DNA from: Obrimoposthia wandeli
Taxonomy: Eukaryota
Assembly (NCBI GenBank): GCA_977020255.1
Contig: CDROCS010002120.1
Span: forward strand, 1 to 64,000
Length of the DNA stretch: 64,000 bases
Direction of reading: 5' to 3'
The stretch's first letter is position 1; each line of letters starts with the position of its first letter. Of this stretch, positions 51,901 to 60,900 are shown one piece after another. The translations under genes and the position numbers were made by a program. The notes beneath the pieces were generated by a model. That model was given only the letters and a program-made list of their open reading frames with translations. It did not search any database and had not been told where the DNA came from.

Positions 51901-54900
51901 AATTGACTTGTAAACATAATATATTTATGCATATATTCACTTTAAAATGTTGTAAGTTATTACTTTAATATAATTTTTCAACAAAAACTTCAAGTAGTTT
52001 ACTTATTAAACATAAGTTTAATGTTTTGTACAATAAATTGACTTGTAAACATAATTTATTTTGGTATATTTTCAATTTAATATGTTGTAAGTTATTTCTT
52101 TAATATAATTTACAACAAAAACTTCAAGTAATTTACTTGTAAACTACAATATTTATTTTGTTGTTGTATATATTCAGTTTAAAATGTTGTAAGTTATTAC
52201 TTTAATATAATTTTCAACAAAAACTTCAAGTAGTTTACTTATTAATCATAATATTAATGATTTGATCAATAAATTGACTTGTAAACATAATATAATTTGT
52301 ATATTTTCAATTTAATATATTGTAAGTTATTACTATAATATTACATTACATATAAAAAAAGTAATTGATAGTTTACTATCGTTTACAATAAATTGACTTG
52401 TAAACATAATATATTTATGCATATATTCACTTTAATATGTTGTAAGTTATTACTTTATTATAATTTTCAACAAAAACTTCAAGTAGTTTACTTATTAAAC
52501 ATAAGTTTAATGTTTTGTACAATAAATTGACTTGTAAACATAATTTATTTTGGTATATTTTCAATTTAATATGTTGTAAGTTATTACTTTAATATAATTT
52601 ACAACAAAAACTTCAAGTAATTTACTTGTAAACTACAATATTTATTTGTTGTTGTATATATTCAGTTTAAAATGTTGTAAGTTATTACTTTAATATAATT
52701 TTCAACAAAAACGTCAAGTAGTTTACTTATTAATCATAATATTAATGATTTGATCAATAAATTGACTTGTAAACATAATATAATTTGCATATTTTCAATT
52801 TAATATATTGTAAGTTATTACTATAATATTACATTACATAAAAAGTAATTCATAGTTTACTGTCGTTTACAATAAATTGACTTGTAAACATAATATATTT
52901 ATGCATATATTCACTTTAAAATGTTGTAAGTTATTACTTTAATATAATTTACAACAAAAACTTCAAGTAATTTACTTGTAAACTACAATATTTATTTTGT
53001 TGTTGTATATATTCAGTTTAAAATGTTGTAAGTTAATACTTTAATATAATTTACAACCAAATCTTCAAGTAATTTACTTATTAATCATAATTTTAATGAT
53101 TTGATCAATAAATTGACTTGTAAACATAATATAATTTGCATATTTTCAATTTAATATATTGTAAGTTAATACTGTAATATTTCATTACATAAAAAGTAAT
53201 TCATAGTTTACTGTCGTTTACAATAAATTGACTTGTAAACATAATATATTTATGCATATATTCACTTTAAAATGTTGTAAGTTATTACTTTAATATAATT
53301 TTCAACAAAAACTTCAAGTAGTTTACTTATTAAACATAAGTTTAATGTTTTGTACAATAAATTGACTTGTAAACATAATTTATTTTGGTATATTTTCAAT
53401 TTAATATGTTGTAAGTTATTTCTTTAATATAATTTACAACAAAAACTTCAAGTAATTTACTTGTAAACTACAATATTTATTTTGTTGTTGTATATATTCA
53501 GTTTAAAATGTTGTAAGTTATTACTTTAATATAATTTTCAACAAAAACTTCAAGTAATTTACTTATTAATCATAATATTAATGATTTGATCAATAAATTG
53601 ACTTGTAAACATAATATAATTTGCATATTTTCAATTTAATATATTGTAAGTTAATACTATAATATTACATTACATAAAAAGTAATTGATAGTTTACTATC
53701 GTTTACAATAAATTGACTTGTAAACATAATATATTTATGCATATATTCACTTTAAATGTTGTAAGTTATTACTTTAATATAATTTTCAACAAAAACTTCA
53801 AGTAGTTTACTTATTAAACATAAGTTTAATGTTTTGTACAATAAATTGACTTGTAAACATAATTTATTTTGGTATATTTTCAATTTAATATGTTGTAAGT
53901 TATTACTTTAATATAATTTACAACAAAAACTTCAAGTAATTTACTTGTAAACTACAATATTTATTTGTTGTTGTATATATTCAGTTTAAAATGTTGTAAG
54001 TTATTACTTTAATATAATTTCAACAAAAACTTCAAGTAGTTTACTTATTAATCATAATATTAATGATTTGATCAATAAATTGACTTGTAAACATAATATA
54101 ATTTGCATATTTTCAATTTAATATATTGTAAGTTATTACTATAATATTACATTACATAAAAAAAAAGTAATTGATAGTTTACTATCGTTTACAATAAATT
54201 GACTTGTAAACATAATATATTTATGCATATATTCACTTTAATATGTTGTAAGTTATTACTTTATTATAATTTTCAACAAAAACTTCAAGTAGTTTACTTA
54301 TTAAACATAAGTTTAATGTTTTGTACAATAAATTGACTTGTAAACATAATTTATTTTGGTATATTTTCAATTTAATATGTTGTAAGTTATTACTTTAATA
54401 TAATTTACAACAAAAACTTCAAGTAATTTACTTGTAAACTACAATATTTATTTGTTGTTGTATATATTCAGTTTAAAATGTTGTAAGTTATTACTTTAAT
54501 ATAATTTTCAACAAAAACTTCAAGTAGTTTACTTATTAATCATAATATTAATGATTTGATCAATAAATTGACTTGTAAACATAATATAATTTGCATATTT
54601 TCAATTTAATATATTGTAAGTTAATACTATAATATTACATTACATAAAAAGTAATTCATAGTTTACTGTCGTTTACAATAAATTGACTTGTAAACATAAT
54701 ATATTTATGCATATATTCACTTTAAAATGTTGTAAGTTATTACTTTAATATAATTTTCAACAAAAACTTCAAGTAGTTTACTTATTAAACATAAGTTTAA
54801 TTTACAACTTGTAAACATAATTTATTTTTATATTTTCAATTTATATGTTGTATATTTACTGTTGTTGTATATATTCAGTTTAAAATGTTGTAAGTTAATA

Positions 54901-57900
54901 CTTTAATATAATTTACAACCAAATCTTCAAGTAATTTACTTATTAATCATAATTTTAATGATTTGATCAATAAATTGACTTGTAAACATAATATAATTTG
55001 CATATTTTCAATTTAATATATTGTAAGTTATTACTATAATATTACATTATATAAAAAGTAATTGATAGTTTACTATCGTTTACAATAAATTTATTTATAT
55101 ATTCACTTTAATATGTTGTAAGTTATTACTTTATTATAATTTTCAACAAAAAACTTCAAGTAGTTTACTTATTAAACATAAGTTTAATGTTTTGTACAAT
55201 AAATTAACTTGTAAACATAATTTATTTTGGTATATTTTCAATTTAATATGTTGTAAGTTATTACTTTAATATAATTTACAACAAAAACTTCAAGTAATTT
55301 ACTTGTAAACTACAATATTTATTTTTTGTTGTATATATTCAGTTTAAAATGTTGTAAGTTAATACTTTAATATAATTTACAACTAAATCTTCAAGTAATT
55401 TACTTATTAATCATAATTTTAATGATTTGATCAATAAATTGACTTGTAAACATAATATAATTTGCATATTTTCAATTTAATATATTGTAAGTTAATACTA
55501 TAATATTACATTATATAAAAAGTAATTGATAGTTTACTATCGTTTACAAATGTCATAAAATTTAAAATGTTGTAAGTTATTTTACTTTAATATAATTTTA
55601 CAACAAAAATTTCAAGTAATTTACTTGTAAACTACAATATTTATTTTTTGTTGTATATATATATTCAGTTTAAAATGTTGTAAGTTAATACTTTAATATA
55701 ATTTACAATCAAATCTTCAAGTAATTTACTTATTAATCATAATTTTAATGATTTGATCAATAAATTGACTTGTAAACATAATATAATTTGCATATTTTCA
55801 ATTTAATATATTGTAAGTTAATACTGTAATATTTCATTACATAAAAAGTAATTCATAGTTTACTGTCGTTTACTATAAATTTACTTGTAAACATATTATA
55901 TTTATGCATTTATTCACTTTAATACGTTTTAAGTTATTAGAATTTGTGTTCTTGTATTCAATGATTAACTTTTATTAAACTATTATATAACATTGACACT
56001 CTTATTTTTAAAATTACATTCACTTGCTAAGACACTTACTTGTATTGAAATTCATACTATCAATCACTTGCATTCATACTTGCATTCAATCTAACTATAA
56101 TTTATTCAACGAAAACTCTATTTAATTTACTTATAGTCTAAATTTCACTTGCATTCAATCAAACTCTCGACACTCTTATTTTTTAAATTACATTCACTTG
56201 CTAAGACACTTACTTGTATTGAAATTCATACTATCAATCACTTGCATTCATACTTGCATTCAATCTAACTATAATTTATTCAACGAAAACTCTATTTTAA
56301 TTTACTTATAGTCTAAATTGCACTTGCATTCAATCAAACTCTCGACACTCTTATTTTTTTTTTTAAATTACATTCACTTGCTAAGACTCTTACTTGTAAA
56401 TGACATTCATACTTGCATGCATAATTTTATTCATTTACATTCATTCTACCTCTCATTTATTCAAACTCTCATTCAAATATTCAAATAAATTAATATTTTT
56501 ACTAATTTTCTATTAATTCCGTTGTAACTTAGTCGTTGAAACGAAAAGAATGTATAAAGAATGGACTTTCTTACTTTGTAAATGTTATTCACTTAAGTTT
56601 GAAGATGATATTATGAAATTACATAATAAATGTGTTTAATTTTGTATTATTCTCTGACTTCTTTCTTATTTTATTTTTTATTTTAATATATAATTGAAGT
56701 TATTTAAAGAAATTTTATCATAATTCTATAAATGTGTAAACCTAGGAAAAACTTTGATCTAAATTTCACATAAAATAGTATGTGTGTGATTACGTAATAC
56801 ATTCATTAACTTATAAGAGTGAACTTTAGTTTAAATTTCACATAAAATAGTGTATGTGTGTGTTAAAAACCACATTTCTTAATTGATAAGAGTGAACTTT
56901 ATCATAAATTTTCATTATGGACTAGATCACAAAAAGAAGGGTGGAGACTAAGCCACTTGACCCTTTGAATTAGTAGTTAGCCAAAAAGAAGGGTGGAGAC
57001 TAGACCACAAAAAGAAGGTTGGAGACTAAGCCACTTGACCCTTTGAATTAGTGGTTAACCAAAAAGAAGGGTGGAGACTAGACCACAAAAAGAAGGGTGG
57101 AGACTAAGCCACTTGACCCTTTCATAGTGGTATATCACAAAAAGAAGGGTGGAGACTAAGCCACTTGACCCTTTAAACTATGGACGATCATAGTGGTATA
57201 TCAAAGAAGGATGGAGTCTAGATCACTTGACCCCTCCCCGCTACCCCTCCCCCTCCCCGCCTCCCGCCTCCCGCCTCCTCCTAAAGGGTGTCATACCATA
57301 AGGGTGTCTTGCCATACCATAAGGGTATATGTTGTTGATCATGAAATAGAAGTTCATTTAAAACTTATATGATTGCCATTTTGTAAAAAAATACGTAAAA
57401 TTTTGGTACAATCATGTGGTAAAACCTACTAACCATTTTTTTGTCGTTTTTCAGAGAAAATTATAGGAAAATGTAGTTTTCTTCATAAGTTAGAATATTC
57501 TCTGAGCTCAAAGAGGCCCTGATTGAAGCATGAGACTGGCATCTTCTTTTTCAAACTATATAAGCAAACTAATAATATCAGCAGGGGCTTCACAGGAGTA
57601 TCAAAATAAAAAATCCAAAAACGGCGGTGAATTTGTTATTGGAGAGGCAGGATCAAAAAATTTTAACGACACTGATAGATATGGTTCAATTTCTCGGATC
57701 TCACAATACAATTCAATGTTCGGACAAAGATGACATTTTTGGTACCTGAGTTCATTTTAATATAATTTTAATAAAATAATCACCTTTTATTGTCTTATTC
57801 ATGTATAATAATCCAATTTAGTTCTAAAATTTTTAAAATCACATAAAAAGTACAAACTTACGTGTCAGCGGCTCTAAACATATTGCTTTCGGCAATATCG

Positions 57901-60900
57901 ACTTTGATTAAGTGTATTCAATCAGTAATAAATTTGGCAAAGTGGTACTTATCATGAAAAACGTTTCATGGATTTCTACGGTGACCTCTTGTGCACAAGT
58001 AAACCAAATTTCATATCAATTGGTTCATTACTTACAGATATCTCCTGTACCAAAGATCATAGATATGCTGAAAACAAGAAATTGATAAAATCAGCAAACA
58101 AATGAGAAAACCCATTCAATGTCCGCACTCTCACATAACTTTTGACAAGGTTTTATACTCAAACTTTGTGATCAGGGTCAAAGTGGTCTGATGTATTACT
58201 CCAATACCTTCCATTTGGGCTTGGATTTTACAACTCGAAGCCGATGTATGGATCATTTCTTGAGCATCTTCACGATTCTGGAATTTTTGTTCAGCATTCT
58301 AATGGGAGGTCCGTGAAAATATGTACTTTTCTGACAAATTGCTTGCCCTTTGCGAGGCATTTTGCACTGATATTGTAACTAGAATATATTTTCCACAATG
58401 CGAAATAACAATGAGGATGAAAAACTGCTAGAAATTCGAGATATCAAGAATTGAAAAAGAGCAAACTGTCATTGGATACCACAATCGACCAAATAATTCT
58501 GGAACAGGCCCACTCGAAGCTTGTCGTTGATTGGCTACATAAGTTTGGTCTCAAAATAGAATATAGTCATCGACAAAATTAATTGCATTGTTGGAATTGA
58601 AATTAAATAAGCATGAATAGGCGTTTCTAAGGCCCAAAGGGGTTGCTATAGAGCCATGCACACCTAACAGGTGTGACACTCTGCACCATATCACAACAGG
58701 AGAGAGGTTTTTCGTTGTTTTCTCATCGGAATTAGATTCTACGGTAATTTTTACATCACGGAACACTCAAATCTCAAAACCATGAAAGTACCAAAAAAAT
58801 CGGAATTTAAAACCTTACTACTACTTTAAATTAAATTCAAAAATTCCTTGTCTCTTAAACGTTTCCCTAATTTTTATGAATATGTATGTAGGTTGTTTGT
58901 AGGTCTTGATAGCCTTCTTCCTTCAGCTCATCTTCCACAATACGTGTTTTGTTCTCGATTTTGCATAGTTTACTTCGTACTGTTCGGTCCATCTCATTTT
59001 CTTACTCATATATCAGTTTGGCCTCTAGAGAAACATTAATTTGTCAAATAATGCTCTAAAATTTACACTTTCCAATTTATTCCTCGAAGTGAAATAATGT
59101 TCATTGTAGTTTGAGACTAATTTTTCTCTATTCCACTATATAAAAATTAATATGTTTTACTTCATGTATCGTGTCAAATCCATTTGAAACTTTGGATAGA
59201 ACGTAAATAATTGCGTTTTCACCATTTTTCATGTTGATGTTCAGTTTACTTTACGGTATTCATTTTAGTTCTCGGCCATATATATTAAAACTACACAAAG
59301 AAAAAGTTTTACCCATGTATGTTAGTGTGTTTATGTGTCCAAATATTTATGAAATTGAATTTTAATTATCGTAATCATTTATGTTGAATATTTAGAAATT
59401 TTAAGAACTTTTCTTGTTTATTACATCTTATTATAGATGATGAAATTTAACTTTTTACCCATGAAATTCAGTTTTGTCGAGTGCAGTACTTTAGCAAATC
59501 AATATTCTTACCATTGATGTGTGTCGTCAAACTGACTTAATTTATTAATTAAGCCAGCTACAGAAATACATGTAAATCGGTAATAACACAATGTCCATTT
59601 CAAATAGCTAGTCCATCAATTTAATCGCTTTTTGAAATTGGTTAAAAATTTCCCTGCAATCAAACACATTAAATTTGCAGAAATGACATTTCTTAACTTC
59701 TTGGCGACATTGAGGGTTGGCTACGTCAATTTACATGTAATACTTTTTCGCCTTCTGTTGTCATTTACCTTAACTTACCACTGCGAATCTCACTTAAAGT
59801 CATAACAACGATGTCTCCTAATACGACATGTTTTGCGCCTTTTCAACAATTCCTCTGCGCATCTCCAATCTAGAAATCAAAATACAATGTCATCCTTTGC
59901 ACCAATAAACATCAATAACTGTGCATATTTTAAATAATTCAAACTCAATATTCTTACAGATATTCTGTTGGTAAAAAAGAGCCGTGACCAAATAAAGTTT
60001 GGGGAGCCTGTGATTTAATAACTTCGTATTTCCTTAACATAATTTTTCTTGAAATTGAGTTTACATTGGTTATATGTATAGTTTATATTAATACCTACTT
60101 TATTTGCTACATGTTTCTTTAAAGTTGTACTCTTTCTTTTCTGACTATTTTTTTAAAAGTTATTAATAAAAAACAATAACTTATAATAAATCTAAAATTT
60201 ATTTAATAATATTTTATCAAGAAAATACTTTTGTTGTATAATTGCTAAATAAATGTTTAAACGTTGTTTTATAACTTACTTTGTAGTTGGACACTTACTT
60301 TTGATCGTAGTGCATTACTTATTATATTCTAAATATTATTTTTCTCCTGATTACGAAAAAATATATTTATATTATTGTTTTATTTTATATATTTTATAAT
60401 TAGTTTCTAAATTTACTTATATTTATTACATATATGATATTTTAGAAAAATTAAGAATTCCAATAAAAATTCTAAGTGTCCACTAACTTTTGATCACAAC
60501 TCTATGTTAATAAGTTAATTTACCATTTTAAAATAATTCCTTTTCCCAGTCTGCAAAAGCACTACTACTACGTCACGTATGCCAATAACCCATGGAGCAG
60601 ATACGGCATCTCACAATGGTTCATTCATCCGCAGTACTCAAGTAAAAATTTAATAGTTAAAACAACTCATTATACTCATAAATTAAAGTGGAATTCGTCT
60701 AATCATATAAATTGAATTGGTTTCAATAAGCCATTTTAAAGTCATGTGGTCACAGTTGAAAAATATACATTTTTATGTATTTTAAAATCTCAAATTTTGA
60801 TGCTATTTTAAGAATTTCAAAAATTGAGTATGGTTCAGGCTCTTAATAATATATATATATATATATATGCATTTTTAGTAAAGAATTGCACGGTGAAATC

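Larger units (their letters stand above)
48034..57334. mobile_element. Large non-coding foldback element: terminal hairpin, inverted arms, central satellite
   Basis: 48138-~49645 is the reverse complement of ~55990-57334 at near identity; no TSD found. Confidence 0.85.

Noticed and set aside
48138-57334. Foldback as a pure chimeric-read assembly artefact
   Set aside because: The centre is not inverted and the arms differ in repeat copy number and small indels, unlike a read fold-back; long-read confirmation is still advisable.
57425-57436. CCTACT as a Polinton-type right terminus pairing with AGTAGG at 48027
   Set aside because: Only 6 bp match, and the flanks (AACTAC vs AACCAT) are not a TSD.
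57480-58800. Possible transposase remnant
   Set aside because: No recognisable catalytic motif could be read; left unassigned.
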